Shown here: in pieces, positions 39,291 to 52,127 of the stretch
Numbering within the stretch: the first letter of the stretch is position 1
Layout of the letters: every line of letters begins with the position of its first letter
NCBI RefSeq assembly: GCF_001194135.2
Contig: NC_068984.1
Location: forward strand, 11,986,266-12,050,265
Origin: Octopus bimaculoides
Taxonomy: Eukaryota
DNA length: 64,000 nucleotides
Reading direction: 5' to 3'
Made by a program: the position numbers and the translations under genes
Notes under the pieces: model-generated
What the model saw: only the letters and a program-made list of their open reading frames with translations
Database searches by the model: none
What the model was told of the DNA's origin: nothing

Positions 39291-39560
39291 TGTTTAATAT
39301 ATGCATCTGTATATATCTTCACATATATATTTTCTCCTACTACTAAACACTGACCTGTCCAACCAACCTAATCTATATTCCCAAATTCTTCATTCCACCA
39401 TATTACTACCCCTAACCCCTTCTCTCACTTAGGCTCTATCACTACATACCTGACACTCCTTCACTTTTCACACTATTATACCTCTCTCTCTATATATATA
39501 ATCCCCCCCCCATTCCTTCTATCTGACACTCCTTTACTCTTTACCCTATCATCTTTTTAT

Positions 39561-39892
39561 NNNNNNNNNNNNNNNNNNNNNNNNNNNNNNNNNNNNNNNN
39601 NNNNNNNNNNNNNNNNNNNNNNNNNNNNNNNNNNNNNNNNNNNNNNNNNNNNNNNNNNNNNNNNNNNNNNNNNNNNNNNNNNNNNNNNNNNNNNNNNNNN
39701 NNNNNNNNNNNNNNNNNNNNNNNNNNNNNNNNNNNNNNNNNNNNNNNNNNNNNNNNNNNNNNNNNNNNNNNNNNNNNNNNNNNNNNNNNNNNNNNNNNNN
39801 NNNNNNNNNNNNNNNNNNNNNNNNNNNNNNNNNNNNNNNNNNNNNNNNNNNNNNNNNNNNNNNNNNNNNNNNNNNNNNNNNNNNNNNNNNNN
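39561..39892. other. Assembly gap (332 N) flanked by an exact 285-bp duplication
   Basis: 39276-39560 equals 39993-40277. Confidence 0.95.
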
Positions 39893-40871
39893 CAGTGGTG
39901 ATAATACATACAGATACACGTATATATGGGTGTACATATACATATGCGTACGATTTGTATGTGTAGATGTGGATATGTATAAATATCTGTATAAATATAT
40001 ATATACATGTTTAATATATGCATCTGTATATATCTTCACATATATATTTTCTCCTACTACTAAACACTGACCTGTCCAACCAACCTAATCTATATTCCCA
40101 AATTCTTCATTCCACCATATTACTACCCCTAACCCCTTCTCTCACTTAGGCTCTATCACTACATACCTGACACTCCTTCACTTTTCACACTATTATACCT
40201 CTCTCTCTATATATATAATCCCCCCCCCATTCCTTCTATCTGACACTCCTTTACTCTTTACCCTATCATCTTTTTATACATTCATATCTTTCTCTCTCCA
40301 TCACCCTCTCCTCCCCATTCCTACTATCAATTTATCTTGACTGACCACTAACTGGTACACTTTCCCCAGCTTCATCTCTTTATTATTTCTCTCCTTGCTT
40401 TTCTTTTTTCTTTTCTTTTCTTTATTCCTCTCTTCCTGTTTTCGATTTGACCTTACAAATACATTCCCTACTGTTAGGTCACTTTAAATAAAACCCTCGA
40501 TTCAATAGCACTGTGTACAAACTCTATACTTGGAATGACCAATTTTGAATACTATTGGAAGTTACTCACAAGGTATTGGAATCTTATGTGTATGCCATTC
40601 TGCCAAAATAATGGATCTACAAATGCAATATCCCTGCATATCTCACATCTATTTTCATTCCTCCACTTCACTCTCTATTTCATATCTTATCTAAATTAAC
40701 TACTGCTTAACCATTTTCTCACACCGTCTCCGATGGAGGATATAAAAAATATCCTGGAAACAGCTGTAAGACCTTCTATTTATAAATGTTCTAATATCTT
40801 CACAGCCTTGGATTTTTATCTCATTCTGAAAAAAAATTATATATGTATTCACACAAGATTCCACAAAGTTT

Positions 40872-41101
40872 CCTATTTCTTTATTGCCCACAAGGGGCTA
40901 AACACAGAGGGGACAAACAAGGACAGATAAAGGGATTAAGTTGATTACATTGACCCCAGTGCATAAGTGGTACTTAATTTATCGACCCCGAAAGGATGAA
41001 AGGCAAAGTCGACCTTGGCGGAATTTGAACTCGGAATGTAACTGCAGACGAAATACCGCTAAGCATTTCGCCCACCGTGCTAACATTTCTGCCAGCTCGC
41101 T
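40872..41101 (-). mobile_element. Young full-length SINE family B, followed by a family A head on the minus strand (41105-41250)
   Basis: CpG retained; GGCGGAATTTGAACTC B-box complement; core CGACCCCGAAAGGATGAAAGGCAAAGTCGACC. Confidence 0.9.
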
Positions 41102-41592
41102 ACAAAGTTTCCATTTACCAAATTCACTCACAAAGCCTTTGTCGGCCTGGTGCTATAGTAGAAGACACACTTGCCCAAAGTGCCAAACAGTGGGACTGAG
41201 CCTGGAGCCATTTGGTTGCAAAGCAAGCTTCTTAACTGCACAGCCATGCCTATGAAGAAGAAAATATCAATATACAATTTCATTTGAAAAGATATGAAAA
41301 AATTATAAATGGCAAGGAAGTGAAAATCACTAATGAGATTATTGTTAATTATGAAATTGATGCAGTGCATGAAATTTATAATAAATCCAAATTTAACTGA
41401 ACTCTTATTGGTAAATGATATAGTCTCATTTATCTAACATACATTTTCTATACGAGTCGTTTTGAGAGAATATAAAATTAAATTTTAGCAAAAGTGTTTT
41501 AGTATTGCAATTATCAACGACGTGTTGGTGATTAAGTTGATTATGTTGGAAACAATGAATAGAATTATATCTGCTTGATAGCAGTTAAACAG

Positions 41593-41721
41593 TTAGTAGT
41601 AGTGATGGTGGTAGTAGTAGTAGTAGTAGTAGAAATGAGCGAATCAATAGAAGTGGTGGTGATAGTAGTAGTAGCTGTGTTCGTAGTAGTAGTAGTAGTA
41701 GTAGTAGCAGCAGCAGCAGCT
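41593..41721. repeat. (TAG)n/(CAG)n microsatellite
   Basis: Direct reading; a similar tract lies at 43826-43866. Confidence 0.95.
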
Positions 41722-44700
41722 ACACAAAAGGATCTAAAGTTAAAAAAACGAAAATAGATAAAAATTCAGGTAGGCGATGAGGCAAAAAATTTTCAATGAA
41801 TTGAAATCTGCTTTTTATTTGTTGGAGAGAGAAAACAAACGCCTTGTGGGCAATTGTTAGAGACTGTCAAAGAAAAGAGGAGATAATCTCACGTCGTTAA
41901 GAATTGGTTAAAGTTAACATTGTTGGTGATGGCTAATAGTAGTAAAAACGTAGGTGACGATGATGGTAGTGATAATGTTAGTAGTAATCTATAATATTGT
42001 TCTACTACAGTCTACCTAAGAAACACTTTAAATAAACACTATATTAACTATGGAATAAAATCAAAGACATATCCTCTCAATAATCTTTGTCGTGTCCAAT
42101 TCTCTTCAGGCCTCGTATTAATTACTACGTGAAAATCCTTCCTTTGTAGAAAGTCGACTCTCTAGAATTTCCCTCCCTCTCTGCCCATGACTTTCTTCGT
42201 ACGTGTTGACTTACAAAAAAGATTCAGTAAGAAAATTAATGGTATCAGAATGCCTTCAGCATCATAACTCCTTCCGCAATACACAGAAAGCAACGAAAAA
42301 AAAACCCCCTCTGCAAGGCAACGGACTGGCAAACTATGGAACGAAATTGAAGACGTAATCTATTCTACACACAATATTTATAAATTATTCGTAAGAGAAC
42401 TAACTGACTTAGAAAGTATGGAACAAAGTAGTGGATGTAATCAATTAAAAACAGCATTTTCTATTTCATTTTTACTATTTGTAAGACGATTGATATTTTT
42501 AATTAAATGTGATACACTCTCTCTCACATGTGCGCGCAAACAGGAGAAATAGAACTCAATACATGACACAAAACTCAGCTCTTTAGTCACTTTATAACTT
42601 TTTGTCGATTCACATAAGGCAGTTTTAAGGCGTTTGTTATATATATTATTCTTTCAATTCGTTTTCAATAAATTTTATGACATAATCAATATGGAAAAGC
42701 GAATAGAATCAACCAGTATTTTCTCAAGGGCAATTGCATATAATTTCTTCCAAAGGGCATTCACTTCTTGGCATATGAAAATAATAGATAATACGATTCT
42801 CAAGGTAGAAGAGGTGACAAGTGCATTAATAAAGAATATAGGTTGTAAAGATTTTCTTTCCCATGTCTGCATCTTCAATACTACTTCGCTGGACTGAAAT
42901 TAAACGCTCCAGAAAATACGATTTCACAAGACTTCCAATAATATTATAATTTGCGAAATAACAGCGGAATTTTTATGGGCATGTCTAGTTATATACTGTC
43001 GTTTGACCTCCTACAAATATATACAGTTAGAAGTGTTAGAATAGATATGTTATATATTAGGATCAAGCTTCAATGAAGGTAATTTTCCAGCGAGCCACCA
43101 CGACCTATTTTTCGATTCACAGTTGCCACTATAAAGCTGGAAAATGGAAGGAGAACGTATGAACGGGGCTTCTTATTTTTACTCTCATAGAAAATAGGAT
43201 TTTGAGCCTAGTCAAAAAGAAATCGATATGAATATAGATTTAGGCAAGTCTCGTGGACCAAGAAGCTCTTCACAAACCGAAATTGCAACGGCACTTCGAG
43301 TTTCATCTAAAGCCATTTTATCACTAACTTAAAATACAGGCTGTGAATGCCATTGAAATTACAGACATGATAACCTTCACGCCACTTCTGAATCTTAATA
43401 GGGAAAATCGTGTTATCCTCTCACCACAAAAATCATAATATTAGTCTAAGCCAAAGAGAGAGTTTTTAAGCGGTCGCTCGATTGGCTGAAATAGCAGTCA
43501 AATCACACTCTTATGATCTTAAATAGGGAAAGGACACATTTAATGATATATTGTCATATATGTATTCCTTAAAAGACGGGGTTAGTTACAGCTAGCGTAC
43601 TTCTGGTCATAACCTTGCACGAGAAGGCATAATTTGAGACTAAACAGTAAAAACAAAAGGACGGAATATTCCTCGTTTCCGAGTTTAAGTGACACCAGTG
43701 ATTCACTGAGGAACAAGTAATTCTGTGAAGTCGACTCAATGGACTACGTTTCTTCCTCTACTTAAAATAAGCCTTGTGCCTGAGAGAGATCAATACTATC
43801 AGCAAGTAATGGCTAAGTTAGAGCGATAGTAGTAGTAGTAGTAGTAGTAGCAATAGTAGCAGCAGCCTGTAATAATAGTACCTTCATCAGCAACAGAAAT
43901 AGCAGCCTTAATAGCAGTAAAATATAATTCGAGTTCTAGCCGTTTTCAATATATTATTTTCAGTTTTGTATTCGCCGCAAAAAATAAAAGGAAAGAGAGA
44001 AAGAAGAAAAAAGAGGCAGATTTAGTAGAAGCGTCAGACTTTAAAGAATTTGCTTAATCTACGTTCAAATTGCAAATGACATTAGCGCTATCAAGTTTGC
44101 CTTTCATTACCAGGTATATACTGAGGAGTCAATTCGATCGACTCTATATACCTACCTCCACTTAAGAATATTGACCTTGTGTCTGAGTGAAAAAAAAAAT
44201 CGATAAACTATTTGAGGTCCAGTGCAAAAAATAAAAAATATAAGGAAAAATATATAGACGTTCTTATAGAATAGCGTCGGCAATTATCTAGTTCCCCCAC
44301 CTCTGCAAATAAAACCTAATTTCTTCGGATGTGCATGTTTAAATATGGTAGATTATAATTCTGAAAAAAATATATATATTCAGTTTTGACTTTATTTTCA
44401 AAAAACTTTTTTTCGGGCTTATGTTTTAATCATCTCAGATTTTGATACTTTAAAAACATGCAAACATGCGTAACTTTTTAAAACATAAATAAATAAAAAA
44501 GAAATTCGGAAAATATCAAAACTGAAAAATTACGGAAATGGGTAAGGCAAAAGTAAGTTTTTTAAAATTCTTCTTTTGCAAGAGTTTTAATCTACGATAC
44601 TTAATTAGTTTTGGCGCGCTATATAATTTTCGACGTTATTCTACACGAACACCTTATGATAAATATTGCTTCATGATTTATATTGAAAATCAGTTGAACC

Positions 44701-46446
44701 AGGTGTCGAAACCAGCTTACGCTCGAGGCTTAACAGCTTACTTCGTTACAGTGCGGAGCTCGCAGCAGCTCAGATTGAAACACACATACACATTTTACTC
44801 AGAATTATAGTGTCTCTTTTTGCTAGTTCCATATACTGTCTACAGCAGTGTATGTAACACACAGACACAGTGTATTAAAAATGTTAATGTTTACGCATGA
44901 TGTAAAGAAAAAAAAAGAAAAGAAACGTGGTAATCGAAATCAAAGCAATGTTGCTTCACTGTTTTGTTGGAAAACAAAATTATTCAGTATAAAACATGTC
45001 CAAATTCCGCCAGGATCGACTTTGCCTTTGATTTCCACCCCCAACTCCTACCCACAATTTTAGACCTCGTCAGGGCCTCTAAAAAAATTTTGCAAGGCGG
45101 TACAAGACTCCTTTGCGGCCCTGGGCTGTAGGTAGATATTCTTGCTGTTATCATAAGTCTATACAACTAGGGCTACGATAATTAATAATAAATACTAATT
45201 AAAAAAATGCAAGTGTGGTGTAATAAGTATAGTGATGTTTGTCTATGTGAATGCAAGTTCATGTCGTGCTGGGGTAGTAGAAAGTATTTGTTTTCGAGGG
45301 GAGATGGATGTTTCATGATTGCTGTGGGGCCTTTCTTAGCTCTTGGGCCTCGGAACGAAGTACAGGCTGGACCTCACTCTCGGAGGCCCTGTTCCATAGC
45401 ACAAAGGATCATTAACGAGTCGTTAGACGTTAAAACGTCGGACCGACTCACTGCACTTTAGGTTCAAATCTGCTGAGTCTGCCTTGCATTAGGAGTTAAT
45501 AAATGAAATTAAAAAGATCAATCCTAGCCAGTGGATTGCGGGACTGTAAGAATGTTAGAGTGCATGCCTAGCGGTATTAGTTTTTTTTTTTAATGCGTTC
45601 CGAGTTCAAATCCCGCCATGGCCTACATACATCGTAGACTCAGCCCGTCACCCGGTTTAACACTACCACCTGGTACCTTCAGTGCTTTTAGAGGTGTTCG
45701 CTCTGTTGCAAGTATTTGGGTTAAGTTTCCAGCTCGTGGATACCTTCCTTCAGTCTTGGAGACCCTGCAAACGAGTGAAGGGGGCCTGTCTTCGAGTAAC
45801 CTTGTTTTTCGATATTAAATTCAAATTGATCTTTTGACCGCGCTTTTACGCTCCTAAATTATAATTTGTTCTATAGTTGGACGTCCATGTGCGAAAATTA
45901 CTATTGTCGACGAAAACGAGACACTAGGACATTGGTGTTATACTCCGAAAAGTTTGGATTAGTTTTGGAGTCAGTGAATACGTACTTTTAAACTGTATAT
46001 TAATAACGAAACGGGGCTCTGAAGGTAATCAAATTCACAACAGTTGTGCATATTGACGACAGTTTGTAGAACGTGCCCGGCCGACCAATATCCAGTTGAT
46101 TGATTATTCTTTAATTATTTTTACTTCTGTCAAATGTATCAGAACTGAAATATAGCTTCTTTTTATATATTTTAAATATATTTTTGCGATATTTCGAGTT
46201 TTAGTTTTCGCAAAACAATTTAGTATCATCACTTATTTCCTAGTTAAATTTAGGATCTTAAAAGCAAGGACGACGCTTGTTTTCCCTTTTGACTAAATAA
46301 TAAAAAACAAAAAGAAAAAAAAAACTAATTCAGAGAAACTGCTAGTTCCCCCTCTAGCTCAGCCAAACATGACCCATTAATTTTTTTCGTCTTCCCTGCT
46401 GCTTTAAGTACATTACGTCTAAATGTAACAAACATGTACATATGTA

Positions 46447-47200
46447 ACTTACAGTTGCGTGAAGCGTTAACGTAACATTTGAAATGCAACAAACTATTCT
46501 GTAACATATACAGAGTGACTGCTTGTTTTTTTTTATTTTTTGTCTGTGTATGTATCAGTGTTTACTCAGTTTATGGATAAGCATGCTTGTTTGTGTGTGT
46601 GCTTTCAGACGTGAATATGTACTGGCGTATTTATTTTTGTTTTTACATTTATGTACAAATTATTTACGTACAGAAATCTTTCCTAGTGAATGAAATGGAA
46701 AAGAACCTGTTTATATATATATATATATATATATGCAAGTATAAATACGAACATTACGGCAATGTAAATATGCAAGTATAAATAAATACACACACATGAA
46801 CGGTAGAACAAACAATAAATAAAACTCAATACTGGAATAAACATATTTTATTTATAATCGGTAGAAGTTACAAAAGGGTTGAAGGCGGAGAGTTTCGTTC
46901 ATGACACTTTGTAACTTGTCAATTATAATGCTATGTGAGTGTGTGTGTGTAGTTTGTACGCATAATCGCGGGAATATTTCCACGTGGTTTGTATGATTTT
47001 TTTTTGTGTAAATAGTTGTTACGCTGTTTTACTCCATAATAATATCCACATGCGTTGAAGTTCATTGCACACAATAAGCAATTTTATTTCATATTATTGT
47101 ACATACATTAAATAGATGTCTCTAATGTGCAGTGCAAAATAAGTGAATAAACATAGAAAAATATAAAAGGGTAAAAAGAATGGTTTAGTATTTATCAAAA
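46447..47200 (-). promoter_or_regulatory. Possible non-coding first exon / promoter region
   Basis: Strong minus-strand donor CAACT|GTAAGT (46453/46452) at the end of an A/CA-rich stretch inside a CpG-rich domain. It could instead be a plus-strand 3' UTR (AATAAA near 47146). Confidence 0.2.
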
Positions 47201-48471
47201 TAACAGCTTATGTCTTTTTTTTTTTTGTATGCACACGTTCCTCCATACACACACTAGAAGAAAAGAAAGTGACTCCATAACTAATACTACTACATGATGT
47301 GAAGAGTTTTATAGTGCCCAAACAAACAAGCAGAAAGAAATTTGCAATAAAGTTTCTGATTAGTTAGAAAAACTAGCGCCAAAATTGGCAGCCAATATAT
47401 CTATCTTTCTTGGAAGTTAATGATGGGAGCATAATCCATCGTTTGTTATCACTTATTTCAAAGGGATTAGCATTCTGATATTAGCCTATGTTCTTTCGAT
47501 TTTCTTCCATTCCTCACTCTTTCTCCAACTTTTATAATAACTTTTTGTCTGGCTGCTGAACGAATTTTGTCTGATTTGCCTATTTATTTTATATATCACA
47601 TTTTAGAAAAAAATATCGCCATTGCTTCCAGGTAGGTTTCCAGCTCTCTTATCACAGCTTCGCAACATTTTCGCTGGTTAGAGTGACAAGAGAGTGCCTC
47701 CTTAACTGGGACAGAACAAATAGCACACAGATAAAGATTCTGCGTGTATTTATAATCCGAAGTATTTATACAACCAGTTAGCAGAAATACATATGTTCCA
47801 GTGTACAGTGTATATAATCTATTTTTAATTTAAAATATATGCATGCAATTGTTTTTAATTGGATTAGTCTGCTTAATTTAAATCGTACCCTCCCAGTCAC
47901 ACACACTCGTACATGTATAATTTCTATTGCCGTGCATATGGATTAAGAATCAAATGTATACACACCACACATGCACCATGCATATATATAGTCATACGAT
48001 TATGTTTGCAAAAATTTCAACTTTAAAAATAACTAACTGCCCTTTTCAATTTTCTCATATTTAAGTGCATCAAAAGAGTTCAGATTTAATCCAGATTTCA
48101 ATTTTCAGTGAGTGTGTGTACATGTGTAGAAATTTGATTCTGTAGAGTTCCAAGTTTGTATTTAACCTATTGAAGTTGGTTTTCCAATGAGAGCTTTGCC
48201 CTATTTCCTGCAGAAGATTTTTTGGATCTCAGATAGGCTTGGCAACTGAAACTAGCTCAAAGTGGCTGTGGTTGACAAGAGACTGCAGCTGAAACCCTTC
48301 CACTGGTGAAGATTAATTCTGGGTCCTTGCTGCCCCACTGAGGCAAAGTATAAAAGCTAAGGAGTCAAATGTTTGTGACCCTGAGATACCTTTTGAAAAT
48401 ATCGAAGCATTTCCAGCTTTGCAATGGCTTCAGTCACCACCAGAAGAAGAGCTTGCAGTTTCTGTCTGGAG

Positions 48472-48710
48472 CAGTGGTTCTCAACCATTTTTGCCCGTGG
48501 ACTTCTTTGATTCCTATTCTACTCAGGTGGACCCTCCCCCTTAGCCATTTGATGTTTAAAAAAAATCCTCATTATATTTTTATAATTGAATATTATTAAG
48601 AATTGTATTGAAAACATTAAAACATTTTGTGTATTGTAAAAGAAGAGCCAATTTATTGCAGATGAATTTTAACAACAAAATCTTATGTGGACCCCGGTTG
48701 AGAACCACTG
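48472..48710. mobile_element. hAT (Charlie-like) MITE
   Basis: Perfect 15-bp TIRs CAGTGGTTCTCAACC / GGTTGAGAACCACTG; degenerate 8-bp TSD GTCTGGAG / GTCAAAAG. Confidence 0.85.
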
Positions 48711-48999
48711 GTCAAAAGCACAGCATCTCTGAATTTTATAAACATTTTGGCCCTGTGTTTATACCTTTGTTTTTATTTTGATTCGGTACTCATTACTTGG
48801 AAGGTTCTACATGTTTTTATATTCAAGTATTTATATGCTCAAGAGAACGAACACATGTAAAATGCATTTAAACAAAAGAAAATCTGTGACATCTCCTGTA
48901 TTCCATTGACTTCATTTCATTTGAATTCATCAGATATTCAGAAAAGAAATTCCAAATTTGGAAGTAAAAAGACCAAGGTAAACCTCGTGAAGTTTTAGC

Positions 49000-49190
49000 A
49001 TCAAAAGACAAGGATTATTGCTATTGCAAAAGGGCCATGCTCAATATGCAGGAAAGGAGTTGATAGGAATTTCATACAATGGACACAATGTGATGTAGTG
49101 AGATTCCCTAAAGGCTGACAGGACACATAAGTGATGTAGTGAGATTCCCTAAAGGCTGACAGGAAAGGTAGATGACATGCAAAGCATAAT
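49000..49190 (+). mobile_element. RTE scrap with a 34-bp internal direct repeat
   Basis: GPCSICRKGVDRNFIQWTQC; GTGATGTAGTGAGATTCCCTAAAGGCTGACAGGA at 49090 and 49131. Confidence 0.65.
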
Positions 49191-49529
49191 TAGTTGTAAG
49201 AGCACATTAGCTAACTTGTATTTTTGGGAGGATCATTATACTAAATAGTAAACACATGCACTGGTTCTGTTTCACTTCTGTATTATTCGTTAATTGGTTT
49301 ACAATTTAACCATTTAAGTACTTGATTGTTTGGTAAACCATCTGGTTAACCATCCGGTTAATCGGGTTTGTCAAAGTATTTTCATCACCATTCATGACCT
49401 CATCAAATGACATGACCTTGAGCAGAGAGAACATGTCATTGATGAGGTCATGATAGATACTTGACATTTCAACATAGTTCAACATTATCTTGGGATGAGA
49501 CAGGTTGTATTTTATGTCCTTGGGGTCAC

Positions 49530-50838
49530 CCTGAAAATAGAGAACCAAAATGAACATTGTTGGAATTTCATACATTTTTTAATTGAAAAAAAGGTAAGAA
49601 AGTGACAGAAACCTACAGGAAGATATGGTCTGTGTATGGAGGGGATGTTTTGGAAGGTGTGTGCCAGAAGTAGTTTCAATATCATGGTGAGGATATTTTT
49701 CAGTTCAGGATGCACTTTGTTCTGGCTAGTCAACTGAGACAAAATGAAGGATTTGGTTGGCATCAACCCTTGTTATACGACCATGTTTTCAACCCTTGAT
49801 GGTTCAAATTTGGTGTTGCAAACCATCTGCATCAACTTGGTTATATCAGCAGGTTTGATATTTGGGTCCTACGTCAACTGAATGAGGTTAACCTTACCCT
49901 ACAGATTTCTATCTGCAATTCATTGCAGAAACATGAAGAAAATGGTAATTTGTTTTTCTTTTTTTAGAGAATGGTAGCAGGGGATGAAAAATGGATCATC
50001 TATAACACTGTGAAGTGCAAAAGATCATGAGGGAAGTGTGGCAAATTACCTCAAACAACCTCCATAGCAGGACTTTACATGAAGAAGGTTATGCTTTCAA
50101 TTTGGTGGGACTGGAAGGGTATTGTCTTTTACGACGTTCTTCTCATGGACAGGACCATCAATACAAATGTGTAGAGTGACAAACAGGACAAATTAAATGC
50201 AGGGACCCACAAAATGTGTCCATCTAATCAATAAGAGCATCCCCTTTCATCATGTCAATACTTGACAGCACACTTTTATGCAGATGCAGCACAAGTAACT
50301 GGGGCTTGACTGGAAAGTTTTGTCACACTCTCCATATTTACCTAACTTTGTAAGGTGGTGAAGCTGGCAGAATCGTTAGCACGCCGGGTGAAATGCTTAG
50401 CAGTATTTTGTCTGTCTTTACATTCTGAGTTCAAATTCCGTCAAGGTTGACATCGCTTTTCATTCTTTCAGGGTCGATAAATTAAGTACCAGTTGCATAC
50501 CGGGTCGATCCAATCAATTAGCACCCCCCCCCACCAAATTTCAGGCCTTGTGCCTAGAGTAGAGAGGATATTTACCTAACTTTGTGCCTTCAGATTTCCC
50601 CTTGCTTCAGTGTTTTCAAAATTCATTAAATGGGTGTAAAAATTCGTCTGGGAGACATTTTTGCCAGTAAAAGTAAGAAATTCTTTGAGCAAAAAATAAT
50701 GGATTTCCTTGCAAGATGGCCGAAGAAACTGGAACCCAATGGTAACAATATCATTGATTGGATAAATGACTTTGTGTTTAGAACTTGTACTTTATTTTCT
50801 CTTAAAAAAAAAGCCAAACATTTTTGGCTGACCCAATT
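49530..50838 (+). mobile_element. Near full-length decayed DD34D mariner interrupted by a SINE
   Basis: KGKKVTETYRKIWSVYG, VAGDEKWIIY, KKVMLSIWWDWKG, VLSHSPY..., PSDF; 3' TIR-like AAACATTTTTGGCTGACCCAA. Confidence 0.85.
50352..50567 (+). mobile_element. SINE family B with a perfect 18-bp TSD
   Basis: ATATTTACCTAACTTTGT at 50334-50351 and 50568-50585. Confidence 0.92.
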
Positions 50839-50861
50839 TATGTACACACACAAATATGTAT

Positions 50862-50892
<31 letters not shown>

Positions 50893-51253
50893 TGTATATA
50901 TATGCATATGTGTGTATATGTGCGTGTGTGAAACAAAAGTCAGTTTATAAGATATTTAGTAACTAAATAACTTATAAACAATTTCCCATGTTTTTTTCAT
51001 TTTCTGCAAATACTCTGCAACATTCAGACACAGATTTCATAACAAAAGATACAATTACAATACATGAGCAGAAATACACACAGAGTTCTAAACACTGGCT
51101 ATCTGACATGCAAATTAAGGCTTAAATTGTACTAGATAAATGAATGAATGTATGCATGCATGTATGTATGTGTGTATGTATGTTATTCAGTTTCTTTCAA
51201 AATTTCTTGCCAATAGAGAAAGAGCTGGTTTGTAATCTAGATCTATGTATGTA

Positions 51254-52123
51254 TGTGGTCTGATCAATAAGTATCCGGACTGTTGCCATAGTAACGAAGT
51301 TAGTGCACACAGAGTAAATCCACTAGGCACAGACTGACTTTGAACTCTGCAGTGCATGTGTACTAAGTTTTAACATTTTAGCTCGTTTCTGCTGTTTACA
51401 GCAGTGCTTCGAAGGAAGGTGTGTAGTGTGTGTTTGTCACATTGACAATGACAGAGAAAATTGAGCAGAGAATCTGCATTAAATTTTGTCAAAAGCTTGG
51501 CGATACCTACTCTGAGTTTACAAAAAGTTTTCATCATTCTTGTCACAATCAAGGAGATTTTGTGCAACTGAAATCCGAGTGTCTTTTTGGTCAGCTGAAA
51601 GCAGTTTTGACACAAACTTGGCAGACACGTGTCTCCTGTGGTAATGGACTAAACTGAACTGTAACTAATCTGCACATCCTCTGATAACTCATAGATGATG
51701 ATTCGACGATTTCCCTTCGCAGATGCATGCACATCTGCAATGTTTTTCTCAGTTCTGTTGGTTATGGGTCTCCCAGAATGTTTGTCAATATCGACATTTT
51801 TTCGGCCATCTTGGAAACATCTGAACCACTCTTATACTTGTGTGCGACTCATACACTCCTCTCCATACATTTTCCACAACTTTATGCAGGCCACTGAGCA
51901 GCTATCGCCATGTCAACTTTCTCTGTCATGGCCAATGCAACGATCATACACCACACACCTTCCTTCCAAGCACAGCTGTAAACAGCAGATGTGAGCTAGA
52001 ATGTTAAAACTTAGTGCACATGCACAACAGAGAACAAGGTCAATCTTTGCCGAGTAGCTTCACTCTGCATGCTTTAGCTTCATTACTATGGCAACAGTCC
52101 GGATACTTATTGATCAGACCTCG
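51254..52123. mobile_element. Non-autonomous mariner derivative made of two inverted 5' ends (870 bp, TA TSD)
   Basis: 38-nt perfect inverted match GGTCTGATCAATAAGTATCCGGACTGTTGCCATAGTAA; ATG 194 nt inside each end (51448 on +, 51929 on -); MTEKIEQRICIKFCQKLG on + and EECMSRTQVY..KFVSKLL..NDENFL on -. Confidence 0.85.
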
Positions 52124-52127
52124 TACC

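Noticed and set aside
42634-42897. Overlapping 87- and 67-aa ORFs, possible Helitron scrap
   Set aside because: No Rep/helicase motif could be matched convincingly.
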